NCBI GenBank assembly: GCA_964415065.1
Contig: CAYPYX010000001.1
Location: forward strand, 35,298 to 99,297
Direction: 5' to 3'
Length of the DNA stretch: 64,000 bases
Origin: an uncultured Rhizobium sp.
Lineage (GTDB): Bacteria; Bacteroidota; Bacteroidia; NS11-12g; UBA955
Part shown: one piece after another, positions 10,689-20,831 of the stretch
How positions within the stretch are numbered: position 1 is the first letter of the stretch
Layout: each line of letters begins with the position of its first letter
Translations under genes and position numbers: made by a program
Notes under the pieces: generated by a model
Database searches by the model: none
The model's input: the letters and a program-made list of their open reading frames with translations, nothing else
What the model was told of the DNA's origin: nothing

Positions 10689-11920
10689 ATCAAGTTGTAA
10701 TAGTGGGTGGCGGTGCTGCTGGTTTTTATTGTGCCATTCGACTCAAAGAACTGAATCCCAATCTAAATGTTGTTTTATTGGAAAAAACCTATAAAACATT
10801 ATCAAAACTAAGGGTTAGTGGAGGTGGCCGTTGTAATGTTACTCATAACTGCTTTGACTATTCATTATTATCTTCTCATTATCCAAGGGGAACAAAATTC
10901 TTAAAAAAAGCTTTTCGACAATTTGGTGCAAAGGAATTTGTTGATTGGATAGAGTCACATGGTATTGAATTAAAAACGGAATCTGACGGACGCATGTTTC
11001 CCGTTACCGATAACTCTGAAACAATTGCTTCATTTTATGAAAATTATGCACGAAAATTAGGAATTGAAGTGCGAAAAGGTTCGACTGTAAATGGTGTCGA
11101 GCTCAAAGAAAATAGTTTTCAAATGAATATCTTGGATCAAACAATTTTAACGGCAAATTATTTGGTTCTTGCAACAGGTGGTGTATCTGATCCAACAAAA
11201 ATTTCTTGGTTACAATCTTTAGATATAAGGTGGATTGAATCTTCACCATCTTTATTTACGTTTAATGCTAGTAAAGATTTAAGCACTAAACTTTCGCTTC
11301 TCTCAGGAATATCTGTCCCTAAAGCGAGAATAAAATTTGTTGGACAAAAAGATGAATTTACTGGAGCTTTGTTAATTACACACTGGGGAATCAGTGGACC
11401 GGCTGTATTAAAGTCAAGTGCTTGGATGTCGCGCTTTTTAAAAGATAGAAACTATCAACATGAAATTCTTATTTCTTGGATCGGGGAAGTGCAAGAGGAA
11501 GAGGCCAAACGAAATTTATCTGATTTCTTGTCGTTTCATGGAAAAAAGAAAATTGAAAATGCGGTACCGTTTGATATTCCTAGCAGGCTGTGGAATTTCT
11601 TGTTAAATCAATCGCAAATAGATACACAATCCGTAGTTCAATCATTAAGTACTAAAAGCTTTAACCGTTTAATTGAGAATCTAATTAGATTCCCTTATCA
11701 AATAAACGGCAAAACTACTTTTAAGGAAGAATTTGTTACAGCAGGTGGAGTTGATTTATCTCAATTAAGCGATGAAACTTGTGAATTTAAAAATATCCCC
11801 AAACTCTTCGCATGCGGAGAGATTCTAGATATTGATGGTATTACTGGAGGATTCAATTTTCAAGCTGCATGGACAACTGCAGAATTGGTTGCAAAAGCAA
11901 TTGCAAAATACACACAGTAA
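10685..11920 (+). CDS. NAD(P)/FAD-dependent oxidoreductase (HI0933/YhiN/BaiN-like flavoprotein)
   Basis: GGGAAGF dinucleotide-binding motif at the N-terminus. RVSGGGRCNVTHN signature of the HI0933-like family. ATGA overlap with the upstream gene. Confidence 0.8.
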   Translation: MNQVVIVGGGAAGFYCAIRLKELNPNLNVVLLEKTYKTLSKLRVSGGGRCNVTHNCFDYSLLSSHYPRGTKFLKKAFRQFGAKEFVDWIESHGIELKTESDGRMFPVTDNSETIASFYENYARKLGIEVRKGSTVNGVELKENSFQMNILDQTILTANYLVLATGGVSDPTKISWLQSLDIRWIESSPSLFTFNASKDLSTKLSLLSGISVPKARIKFVGQKDEFTGALLITHWGISGPAVLKSSAWMSRFLKDRNYQHEILISWIGEVQEEEAKRNLSDFLSFHGKKKIENAVPFDIPSRLWNFLLNQSQIDTQSVVQSLSTKSFNRLIENLIRFPYQINGKTTFKEEFVTAGGVDLSQLSDETCEFKNIPKLFACGEILDIDGITGGFNFQAAWTTAELVAKAIAKYTQ

Positions 11921-11970
11921 ATGCACTTATTCGCTTAGAAATAATTGTGTTGTATTAGGTATCCGAGTAA

Positions 11971-12687
11971 TTATACAACCATGTCGTCTTCTGTATACTT
12001 ATAACCAACACCTCTCAGACTCAGAAAGTATTTAGGATTTTTTGCATCTTCTTCAAAGTACTTTCTGAATGCTAAAATGAAGTTATCTATAGTACGAGTA
12101 CTTGGGAATACAGTATAACCCCAGACTGTTTTCAAAATTTCTTCGCGGGTTACAACTAAATTTTTCTTTTCAATCAATAATTTGAGAAGTTGAGCTTCTT
12201 TCTTGGTTAATTTAAATTCACCTGATTTACCCACAGCTCGATAGGAGTTAAAGTCGATATAATTACCACCAAAATTATACTCTTGGAGTGTTAATCTGGG
12301 TAGATGTTGTTGAGTTCTACGAATCAATTTTTGAACACGTAGTAATAATTCCTCTAATTCAAATGGTTTACTTAAATAATCATCCGCACCAGATCTCAAG
12401 CCGTTAATTCTATCTCTAGAACTATTGGATGCACTTAAAATCATGATAGGTATATCATTGTTCGATAATCGAATATGTTGAGTAGCTGTTATACCATCCA
12501 TGCTAGGCATCATTATGTCCATAATGACCAAATCAAAGCTTTCTGATTTCAATTTTTGAATGGCAATAGCTCCATGCGATGCAATAGCTACCTTATAACC
12601 TTCCAATTCTAAATTAATTCGGATCAGTTCCGCTAAATCGGCTTCATCTTCCACCAATAAAATTCTGTACACTTTAACGTCGTTCAT
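11971..12687 (-). CDS. OmpR-family response regulator transcription factor
   Basis: Receiver domain (ILLVEDEADL...DLVIMDIMMP). C-terminal winged-helix domain (LTKKEAQLLKLL...RGVGYKY). Confidence 0.9.
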   Translation of the reverse strand: MNDVKVYRILLVEDEADLAELIRINLELEGYKVAIASHGAIAIQKLKSESFDLVIMDIMMPSMDGITATQHIRLSNNDIPIMILSASNSSRDRINGLRSGADDYLSKPFELEELLLRVQKLIRRTQQHLPRLTLQEYNFGGNYIDFNSYRAVGKSGEFKLTKKEAQLLKLLIEKKNLVVTREEILKTVWGYTVFPSTRTIDNFILAFRKYFEEDAKNPKYFLSLRGVGYKYTEDDMVV

Positions 12688-12692
12688 CTGGA

Positions 12693-13919
12693 TTATGCTA
12701 TTGTTTGTTGTTGTTTAAAATTTAAAATAAAACGAGTGCCATTAGGAGAGTTGTCCTCAATACTCACTTTACCATCATGCATTTCAGTAATTTTCTTTAC
12801 TAAGTATAAACCCAAACCACTGCCAGGTTTAGTTCTTGTTTTTTCTTCACCTACACGATAAAACTTTTCGAATACCTTTTTTTTCTCTGCATCCGGAATT
12901 CCCATACCGAGATCCGAAAAACTAATGGTTATCCAATCAGCAGAAGAATGAGCCTGGATTGTGATATCGCCTTCTTCAGCATATTTGATGGCATTGGTGA
13001 TTAAATTTCTAAATACCGTTTGAATCATTTTTTCATCGGCATTCATTAAAATTCCTTCAGGAATATCTGTTTTTATTCTCGAATTTATTTCTGGAGATAG
13101 TTCCATTGCCAATAATGTGGATTGAATTTCTTCTTGTAAATCAATTTCCACCATCAAAGGATCAATAAATTTACTTTCAAAACGCGTTGCCATTAATATT
13201 TGCTCAACCATTTGTGAAAGACGAATCACATTGGAATTGGCCATTTCAAGCATTTTGGGAAGTAATTTTTGACTGCTATCTTTTTTAATTGTCTGTAAAG
13301 CTAATTTGGTAGCGGCAATAGGGGTTTTTAACTCATGAGTCACCGCCAATAGAAAGTTGTTCTGCTGCGCATTTAATCGAATAATCTTATCTAAATACAA
13401 ATACATCGCAATTCCTATTAATATGGTTATAAATCCTAATGTCAGTCCTTCTCCAATCCAAGCCATTTTCTTTTTACGAAGAGTTTCACGCACTTGAAAT
13501 AATAACTCAGACCTAGTTTTTAGACGTATCTCAAATTGGTTTCGTTGCTTATTTGTCACAGAAATAACATTAAATTCTGAAAATTCTGTGATAATTGACG
13601 AATTTATTATTTCTAATGTATTGTTATACAATTGATTGAATTTGTGAGAATCGACGTTATTTTTTTCTGTTGAAACAAATTTAAATGCCTCATTTTTACG
13701 TTCGTAGGCAACGTTTTCTAAATTCAGTTTTCCCGATGAAAGTAAATTTTCTATTTTTTCCATTGCTAGAGCTTTTCGAATCTCTTGCTTATCCATTTCA
13801 TTTGAATATTGCCTTTCCTGAAATTGAATTAATGCAAAGGCCCACCATATCAAAGCACTAATCATATATGTGATGATGGCGAGAACCGCTATCTGAAGCT
13901 TTAATCGACTGTTTTTCAT
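12693..13919 (-). CDS. sensor histidine kinase (HisKA + HATPase_c)
   Basis: Two transmembrane segments. H-box VTHELKTPIAATKLAL. N/G-box motifs (RNLITNAIKYA, DLGMGIP, GSGLGLYLV). Sits immediately upstream of the response regulator in an operon. Confidence 0.85.
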   Translation of the reverse strand: MKNSRLKLQIAVLAIITYMISALIWWAFALIQFQERQYSNEMDKQEIRKALAMEKIENLLSSGKLNLENVAYERKNEAFKFVSTEKNNVDSHKFNQLYNNTLEIINSSIITEFSEFNVISVTNKQRNQFEIRLKTRSELLFQVRETLRKKKMAWIGEGLTLGFITILIGIAMYLYLDKIIRLNAQQNNFLLAVTHELKTPIAATKLALQTIKKDSSQKLLPKMLEMANSNVIRLSQMVEQILMATRFESKFIDPLMVEIDLQEEIQSTLLAMELSPEINSRIKTDIPEGILMNADEKMIQTVFRNLITNAIKYAEEGDITIQAHSSADWITISFSDLGMGIPDAEKKKVFEKFYRVGEEKTRTKPGSGLGLYLVKKITEMHDGKVSIEDNSPNGTRFILNFKQQQTIA

Positions 13920-14102
13920 TTCACAACAATATGTATTATTTCACCGTCTGATTGTCAAAGTTAAGTCACGGATTTGAAATTAGGAAAATATAGATGAGAT
14001 TTTAATTTTAAGTTTTTCGGGGGATGTATTCCTGCTTCTATCTGCGGTAGCGTTCTAGTTTCTTTTTTATGCGGTCATTAAAAATATTCCGACATTTGTA
14101 AA

Positions 14103-15491
14103 ATGCCTATTCAGTTGCACATCATCGAGGAATTGATTAAAATATTAGGAACAGATAATGTTTTGTTACACAAAGATGTATTAGAAGAAAACAGTACAGA
14201 TTATACAGAAGATTTGCAGTATTTCCCAGAATGTGTTATTGAACCTGAAACAACTGAAGAATTGAGTCAGGTGATGCACGTTTTTAATGAATTTGAAATT
14301 CCTGTTTATACTCGTGGTGCTGGTACTGGGCTTTCGGGAGCTTGTTTGCCAGTAAAAGGTGGAGTAGTAGTTTCAACCAAAAAACTTAATAATATCATTC
14401 ATATTGATGCCGAAAATTTTCAAGTTACTGTTGAACCAGGTGTTATTAACGCTCAACTTAAATCGGAATTAGCAAAAGTTGGACTTTATTATCCACCCGA
14501 TCCAGCTTCCATGGGGTCGAGTACAATAGGCGGCAATATCGCTCATGGTGCCGGTGGTCCCAAAGCAGTAAAATACGGAACAACTCGGGATTACGTGTTA
14601 AATCTGGAAGTAGTTTTACCTACAGGTGAAATTATCTGGACAGGTGCAAATACCCTAAAAAATTCAACAGGACTTTCATTAACTCACCTTTTTGTAGGAA
14701 GTGAAGGATTGTTAGGAATTGTAACGAAAGCAGTCTTAAAATTAGTTAAACTTCCGGGTTCCGAATTATTGATGCTTGCTGCATTCAATGATGCAGAATC
14801 CTGTGCAACAACCGTGAATCAAATCCTACTCAATGGATTCAATCCATCTGGAATCGAATTAATGGAACGCTCAGCTATTGAAATTTCATGTCGATCAGTT
14901 CAAACAACATTTCCATTGGTTGACGAATGCAATTATTATTTACTGATTGTGTTGGAAGAGTCAAAAGGGGAAGATTTATTCCAATTAGCAGAAGAGTTAT
15001 TCCCTTTTTTAGAAGCTCAAGGTGCAAAAGAAGTTTTTTTACCCAATAATTCTGATATGCAGGAAAATTGGTGGAAGGTAAGACGTGCTATGGGTACAGC
15101 AGTAAAACAAGAGAGTATTTATAAAGAAGAAGATACAGTTGTGCCTAGAGCCAAATTGCCAGAACTACTTGCGGGAGTGAAAAAAATCGGTAATCAATAT
15201 GGATTTCGTTCCGTTTGTTATGGTCATGCAGGTGATGGAAACTTACATGTTAATATCCTCAAAGATCAATTAACCGATGATCAATGGAATACAACTGTAA
15301 TTCAAGGTATCCGTGAAATTTTCCAACTCTGTCATCAACTAGGCGGAACTATTAGCGGGGAACATGGTATTGGTCTCGTACAAAAAGACTATTTGGACAT
15401 AGTCTTTTCTCCAACCCATATGGATCTCATGAAAGGTATTAAACGGGTGTTTGATCCCAAAGGCATTATGAATCCGGGTAAATGGCTCTAA
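14103..15491 (+). CDS. FAD-linked oxidase (GlcD / D-lactate dehydrogenase-like)
   Basis: FAD-binding PCMH-type domain (RGAGTGLSGACLP...GVV...). C-terminal FAD-oxidase_C features. Confidence 0.8.
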   Translation: MPIQLHIIEELIKILGTDNVLLHKDVLEENSTDYTEDLQYFPECVIEPETTEELSQVMHVFNEFEIPVYTRGAGTGLSGACLPVKGGVVVSTKKLNNIIHIDAENFQVTVEPGVINAQLKSELAKVGLYYPPDPASMGSSTIGGNIAHGAGGPKAVKYGTTRDYVLNLEVVLPTGEIIWTGANTLKNSTGLSLTHLFVGSEGLLGIVTKAVLKLVKLPGSELLMLAAFNDAESCATTVNQILLNGFNPSGIELMERSAIEISCRSVQTTFPLVDECNYYLLIVLEESKGEDLFQLAEELFPFLEAQGAKEVFLPNNSDMQENWWKVRRAMGTAVKQESIYKEEDTVVPRAKLPELLAGVKKIGNQYGFRSVCYGHAGDGNLHVNILKDQLTDDQWNTTVIQGIREIFQLCHQLGGTISGEHGIGLVQKDYLDIVFSPTHMDLMKGIKRVFDPKGIMNPGKWL

Positions 15492-15534
15492 TATCTTTAA
15501 ACCCTTGAAATCCCTTCCCCAAAAAATCAGTTAC

Positions 15535-15834
15535 TTAAGGCAACCAATACAATAGTGTATAGGTTTTTGCTTCTGCTTTTTCTGCAAAATGAATCTTTGT
15601 TTTTTTCCAAGTTTCTAAAAACAACTCACTGTTTCTGTAGTCTTCAAGATCGTTTTCGGATTCCCAAATACTTGATGTACTCAAAATATTAAGACGATCA
15701 GGATCCTGAATTAATTGTAGCGACAAACAACCAGATCGAGCACGAATTTTATCTTTCGATTCCTCAAAAACCAACAAAAAATCATCTAGTTTTTCAGGCT
15801 TAAATGTCATTTTTACAACACGATGTATAGGCAT
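15535..15834 (-). CDS. small ABM (antibiotic biosynthesis monooxygenase)-like protein
   Basis: The ORF-track start at 15897 would overlap the upstream gene by about 58 bp. The internal Met (MPIHRVVKMTF...) gives a non-overlapping 99-aa product of ABM-domain size. Similarity is weak. Confidence 0.4.
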   Translation of the reverse strand: MPIHRVVKMTFKPEKLDDFLLVFEESKDKIRARSGCLSLQLIQDPDRLNILSTSSIWESENDLEDYRNSELFLETWKKTKIHFAEKAEAKTYTLLYWLP

Positions 15835-15838
15835 ATTC

Positions 15839-16648
15839 TTAAATAGATTTAGGTTCTGAAAATTCAACCATAATTTGAGAATTTTCGTAAATAGCAAGAT
15901 GTTTTGAGAAATTTCCAGAGTTCTGAGTAAGCTTTAAAATATTTCCCCAATCAAAGTAAGCTACAATTTCTCCCTCATCAACGTCTTCCGCTTGGTTTCG
16001 AATGCCATAAATATTTCCAGTCGACATTCTGAATCGAACATTACGACCCTTGCGAATTCGTTCAAATTCATCTTTTGTGATGTTAAAATATGCACTTCCT
16101 TGATGGTCAACATATAAACACGTAATTCTTATGTTCATTTCATTGATTACGGGTTGTATGATAAAAGGCTTGAGCATCACGGTTTTGGGATCAAATAATT
16201 CGTCCAGTGTTTTTTGGGGATGCTGAATCATTTCCTGAATCGCTGGAATGTAAATTTCCCCCAAAGGATCTTTGTCAAAATGGTTATTGTTAATTCGATA
16301 ATACACCTTTTCCGGATCATCGAATCCCAAATGAAATAATCCATTATCAGGTCCTAAAAACAATTGATCTAGGTATTCGCAGACTATAAATCTTCGAGAT
16401 TGTGCAGATACAAAGGAAGTATTGCAAATATGAATGGTTCCTGCTGGGAAATAATCTTTAAATTGTCTAAAAACAATCGATTGAGCCATAACATTGCCTT
16501 TTTTTAGCCGTGAGGGACTAAAAGCAATATTGAATTTCGGGAAATTTCGATACAATTGGGCTTGAGCCAAAGTAAATTCTATAGATTCTGTCCCTAAATC
16601 CGTCCAATAATGAATCAACTCGCTCTTCGAAGCATCAAATGAATCCAT
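15839..16648 (-). CDS. SAM hydroxide adenosyltransferase family protein (DUF62, fluorinase/chlorinase-like)
   Basis: Size about 270 aa. Conserved-looking N-terminal FTD.G and GPDNGLF motifs are typical of the SAM hydrolase SAM_HAT family. Confidence 0.6.
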   Translation of the reverse strand: MDSFDASKSELIHYWTDLGTESIEFTLAQAQLYRNFPKFNIAFSPSRLKKGNVMAQSIVFRQFKDYFPAGTIHICNTSFVSAQSRRFIVCEYLDQLFLGPDNGLFHLGFDDPEKVYYRINNNHFDKDPLGEIYIPAIQEMIQHPQKTLDELFDPKTVMLKPFIIQPVINEMNIRITCLYVDHQGSAYFNITKDEFERIRKGRNVRFRMSTGNIYGIRNQAEDVDEGEIVAYFDWGNILKLTQNSGNFSKHLAIYENSQIMVEFSEPKSI

Positions 16649-17778
16649 ATATTTGTAAAAATATTACAAATACATTGACGGAGTTAGTTTACACCCTAGA
16701 AATTATCAACCCCCAGTTGTTTTATGGACCCAATAATGTCCACATCAACTTGATAAAAAGCAAATATCCTAAATTACAATTTGTTGCTAGAGGCGATGAA
16801 ATTAAAGTATTTGGAGATCAGACAAGCTTAGATTCTTTCGCTGCTGGCATGGCAGTGTTAGAAAAATTGTACATTAAAAAAGGAGAGTTAAATGAGCGTT
16901 TAATTCAAGAAGCTTTAGCCATCGATTTTGATGTTAACCAAATATCTGAAAATCCTGACGATGAAGTTTTATTTATTGGCACTCGAGGACAGAAAATCAA
17001 GGCTAAAACCCGAAACCAAAAAAGAATGCTGGAAGCATCCAAAGACAATGATATTTTATTTGCCATTGGTCCAGCTGGTACGGGTAAAACCTATACTGCG
17101 GTAGCTTTAGCTGTTTTGGCTCTTAAAAACAGAGAAATAAGAAGGATAATTTTAACGCGTCCTGCCGTTGAAGCGGGAGAGAGTCTGGGTTTTTTACCAG
17201 GCGATCTTAAAGAAAAAATTGATCCTTACTTGAGGCCATTGTACGATGCTTTGGAGGATATGATTCCTTTAGACAAACTAAAAAGCATGGTGGAATCTAG
17301 AACAGTTGAAATTGCACCCTTAGCATTTATGCGTGGAAGAACATTGGACAATTGTTACGTAATTCTGGATGAAGCTCAAAACTCAACGGATTTGCAGTTA
17401 AAAATGTTTTTAACTCGAATGGGACCCAATGCTAAACTGATTATTACTGGTGATATGACCCAAGTCGACCTTCCCAGAAAACAACAGTCAGGATTGTATA
17501 AAGCCTTAAAAATTCTAAGAAATATTAAAGGAATATCTATAGTTGAGCTCGATACGGAAGATGTGGTTCGACATAGATTAGTTAAAGAAATAATTAAAGC
17601 TTACGATCGTTCAGATGAATTTCAATCTGAATTAAGACGTTCAAACGGTCATTCGATTGAAAGTCATACTATTTCTGAAGTAACCGAAAAGAATATCGAG
17701 AATAAATCACCAAACAATGAATCTTCTCAATCAAACGAAGATTCAACAAAAAGTTCAATAGAACCAAAAAACGATTAA
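16639..17778 (+). CDS. phoH: PhoH-family ATPase
   Basis: Walker A GPAGTGKTYTAVALAV. ILDEAQN Walker B-like. PhoH-like KH-type N-terminal region. Ser-rich C-terminal tail. The ATG overlaps the divergent upstream gene's start by about 10 bp, so the true start may be downstream. Confidence 0.8.
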   Translation: MNPYICKNITNTLTELVYTLEIINPQLFYGPNNVHINLIKSKYPKLQFVARGDEIKVFGDQTSLDSFAAGMAVLEKLYIKKGELNERLIQEALAIDFDVNQISENPDDEVLFIGTRGQKIKAKTRNQKRMLEASKDNDILFAIGPAGTGKTYTAVALAVLALKNREIRRIILTRPAVEAGESLGFLPGDLKEKIDPYLRPLYDALEDMIPLDKLKSMVESRTVEIAPLAFMRGRTLDNCYVILDEAQNSTDLQLKMFLTRMGPNAKLIITGDMTQVDLPRKQQSGLYKALKILRNIKGISIVELDTEDVVRHRLVKEIIKAYDRSDEFQSELRRSNGHSIESHTISEVTEKNIENKSPNNESSQSNEDSTKSSIEPKND

Positions 17779-17780
17779 TT

Positions 17781-18734
17781 TTGTCACCTATGAAAGCGCT
17801 TACCTCAACCAATTATTATTTCAAAAATCAAACGAACTTTTACAGAGGAAAAGTTCGCGATGTATATTTTATCGGAAACGAACATTTGGTGATTGTGGCT
17901 TGCGATAGAATTTCTGCTTTTGATCATGTTCTTCCTAAAAGTATTCCCAATAAAGGACAAGTATTAACGGAAATCGCGAATCAATTTTTAGATTCTACTT
18001 CTCACATTATACCCAACTGGAAAATCTCAAATCCGGATCCTCAAGTTACTATTGGAAAACGCTGCGATGCTATTCCCATTGAATTTGTTGTTAGAAATTA
18101 TTTAACGGGTCATGCCTGGAGAGTTTACAAGGAAGGTGGGAGAGAACTTTGTGGTAATATTTTACCTGATGGACTTAAAGAAAATGATCTATTGCCCAAA
18201 CCCATTATAACTCCAGCAACTAAGGCTAGCAGTGGGCATGATGAAGATACTTCATATAATGAAATTCTTGCAAACAAAATTTTACCTAAAAAACAGTTGG
18301 ATTTGTTATACGAGAAATCATTAGAGTTGTTTCAGTTTGGTACTGAATATGCAGCTTCTAAAAACTTGATTCTCGTAGATACCAAATACGAGTTTGGTAT
18401 ACATATGGGTGAGCCTACTTTAATAGATGAAATTCACACTCCTGATAGCAGTCGCTTTTTTTATGCGGATTCCTATCAACAACTTCAATCTGAAGGGAAA
18501 CAACAACGTCAACTTTCTAAAGAATTTGTCCGCGAATGGTTAATGAACAATGGGTTTCAAGGACTTGAAGGTCAATTAGTTCCAGATATGAATGATGAAT
18601 TTGTCGATACTATTTCAGGTAGGTATCAAGAACTTTATGAAGTTATGTTAGGTAAGACCTTGATTAAGCGATCTTACGACAATATTTTAGAAAATATTGA
18701 ACAGAATATACTTTTGGGGATAAGTCATTTGTAA
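17781..18734 (+). CDS. purC: phosphoribosylaminoimidazole-succinocarboxamide synthase (long form)
   Basis: YRGKVRDVY...VIVACDRISAFD SAICAR synthetase motif. Sits 3 bp after the phoH stop. Confidence 0.9.
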   Translation: MSPMKALTSTNYYFKNQTNFYRGKVRDVYFIGNEHLVIVACDRISAFDHVLPKSIPNKGQVLTEIANQFLDSTSHIIPNWKISNPDPQVTIGKRCDAIPIEFVVRNYLTGHAWRVYKEGGRELCGNILPDGLKENDLLPKPIITPATKASSGHDEDTSYNEILANKILPKKQLDLLYEKSLELFQFGTEYAASKNLILVDTKYEFGIHMGEPTLIDEIHTPDSSRFFYADSYQQLQSEGKQQRQLSKEFVREWLMNNGFQGLEGQLVPDMNDEFVDTISGRYQELYEVMLGKTLIKRSYDNILENIEQNILLGISHL

Positions 18735-18793
18735 TTTTTGGCATTGGATTTGCAACCTTTTTTTAAATTCGTTGTCAATCAGTCAAAAAAAAA

Positions 18794-20647
18794 ATGATTA
18801 AACCATATATAACCCTCGCATTTACACTTGCAGCTGGAGTAATTTCATTGTCAGCACAAAGTGTTAGCACAGTTGCTGGAATTCAGTACAAGGATTCTGG
18901 AAAATTTAATTCCACGGCTTCAAATCCTGTAGCTCAAGAATACTATAGTAGACCTTGCGGAATCGCCATAGATACAAACAATCGTGTGTACATTTCTGAT
19001 GAACACAATATAATGTTAATCGATGGCAGCACATCTAGAAATAGGGGTGGTTTTCGTGGAGATCCTTATTCATCTCAAGCACTTGGAAATACGGATGGCA
19101 CTGGATTAGTATCTCGATTCACCTATCCAGCGGGATTGGCTGTTCATCCAAACTCTCAAGATGTATGGGTAGCAGATAGATACAACTGTTTAATACGTAA
19201 AGGTACGCGTTTCGTAAATTCTTCGAATGAAGCTTCATGGACCACTCAAGCAGGCAGTCCTTCTTTTCTCGGGGGATACGTTGACGGTCCAGTTGCAGAT
19301 GCAGCCTTTGCATCCCCAGAAGACATAGTATTTACCAAAAAAGGGGTCATTTTTGTTTGTGATACAGATAATCACTGCATACGCAAAATTCTATCAGGAC
19401 AAGTTTCCACATTGGCAGGTGATGGCTCTCAAGGCAAAGGTTACCAAGATGGAACAGGTAAAGCTGCACGTTTTTCTTACCCAATGGGTATAGCGATGGA
19501 GGATAATGATACGTTTCTGCTAGTGGCTGATAGAAATAATAAATGCATCCGCAGAGTAAACACCTTTACCGGTGCAACTACTACGGTTGTATCTAATTTG
19601 AATTATCCAACAGATGTTATAAAGCTAGATGGAAATATCTTTATCATCGAAGCTACTTGTATTAAAATGTTTGATGGTAAAACGACCTCGATTTATGCTG
19701 GGCATGCCACCGAATCAGGTTACGTAAACGGTCCAGTATTAGATGCGCGTTTTGGACAAATTATTCATGTTGATTTCCGCAAAGCTGAAAAGAGTATGTA
19801 TGTACCTGATTTTGGAAATAATGTCATTAGAAAAGTACCTTTATTATTGACTGTAAAAGCTGATTTTGTAGCATCTACTACAAGTCCAATCGTTAATCAA
19901 ACCGTTAAAATTACTTCTACATCCGAAAATGAAACAAGTTTATTATGGGAAATTTCACCGAATACTTACACACTACAAGCAGGAAGTAAATTAACGGATA
20001 AAGAGATTTATGTTTCTTTCAATTCAGCAACATCGTATACAGTAAAATTAACTGGTTCCAATTTGGCATCTACAGATGTTGAGACCAAGAATAACTACAT
20101 TACCGTTTCTACCAACAGTGTAGGGGCACCCGTTTCGGATTTTACAGCAAACGATCTTGTTCCGATAGTTAACCAAACAGTTACATTAATTGATTTATCT
20201 TCAAATAACCCAACATCCTATAAATGGACTATTAGTCCCTCTTCTTACACTTTAGCCAATGGTTCTACCTTAAATGATAGAAATCCACAAGTAAAATTTA
20301 CTTCTGTTGGTTTATATAATGTTTCGTTGGAAGTTACAAATACCAATGGTTCTAACAAGAAAGATAAAAATTCCTTTATTCAGGTGGTTTTAACTAGCCA
20401 AAATGATTTCAAATTGAATTCCATAAAATATTGGCCTAACCCAACTCGTAATTCACTTAATTTTAGTGAACTTCCAAAAGAATCCGTAGTATATCTATAT
20501 GATCAAACTGGTAAGTTATGTAAAGTATTAAATTCTGTAGAAAGCGAAATACATGAGTTTGAGTTAAATTTGCCATCAGGTATGTATTTTGTATTATTGA
20601 AATCCAATAACACAAACACTCAATTAGGTAAATTAATCATTGAATAA
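18794..20647 (+). CDS. T9SS C-terminal sorting domain cargo protein with NHL-type beta-propeller repeats and PKD-like domains
   Basis: Signal peptide. Repeated NHL-like blades (...NRVYISDEHN..., ...VWVADRYNCLIRK..., ...VCDTDNHCIRK..., ...LVADRNNKCIRR...). Two PKD-like repeats. C-terminal T9SS CTD (YPNPT...MYFVLLK...). Confidence 0.8.
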   Translation: MIKPYITLAFTLAAGVISLSAQSVSTVAGIQYKDSGKFNSTASNPVAQEYYSRPCGIAIDTNNRVYISDEHNIMLIDGSTSRNRGGFRGDPYSSQALGNTDGTGLVSRFTYPAGLAVHPNSQDVWVADRYNCLIRKGTRFVNSSNEASWTTQAGSPSFLGGYVDGPVADAAFASPEDIVFTKKGVIFVCDTDNHCIRKILSGQVSTLAGDGSQGKGYQDGTGKAARFSYPMGIAMEDNDTFLLVADRNNKCIRRVNTFTGATTTVVSNLNYPTDVIKLDGNIFIIEATCIKMFDGKTTSIYAGHATESGYVNGPVLDARFGQIIHVDFRKAEKSMYVPDFGNNVIRKVPLLLTVKADFVASTTSPIVNQTVKITSTSENETSLLWEISPNTYTLQAGSKLTDKEIYVSFNSATSYTVKLTGSNLASTDVETKNNYITVSTNSVGAPVSDFTANDLVPIVNQTVTLIDLSSNNPTSYKWTISPSSYTLANGSTLNDRNPQVKFTSVGLYNVSLEVTNTNGSNKKDKNSFIQVVLTSQNDFKLNSIKYWPNPTRNSLNFSELPKESVVYLYDQTGKLCKVLNSVESEIHEFELNLPSGMYFVLLKSNNTNTQLGKLIIE

Positions 20648-20677
20648 GTTGATCTTTAAAATTCAAAATATCACCAA

Positions 20678-20706
20678 AAGCCCGTTATACAACGGGCTTT
20701 TTTTTC
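20678..20706 (+). terminator. Rho-independent terminator for the upstream T9SS cargo gene
   Basis: Perfect GC-rich hairpin AGCCCGTT-atac-AACGGGCT followed by a T8 run, 31 bp after the stop codon at 20645-20647. Confidence 0.7.
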
Positions 20707-20831
20707 GCTTTTGGGGATTCGGACTTCTGATATTCTTGTTTTTTCAATTTTATCGTGGATTGACCTTATGGTTTATAGGTTGGGATTTTGATTTTGAGAA
20801 TTTATGGAAAATATTCCAAGGCAGTTTAAAA

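Noticed and set aside
11832-12035. 67-aa plus-strand ORF bridging the oxidoreductase 3' end and the response-regulator 3' end
   Set aside because: It overlaps two confidently called convergent genes. No support.
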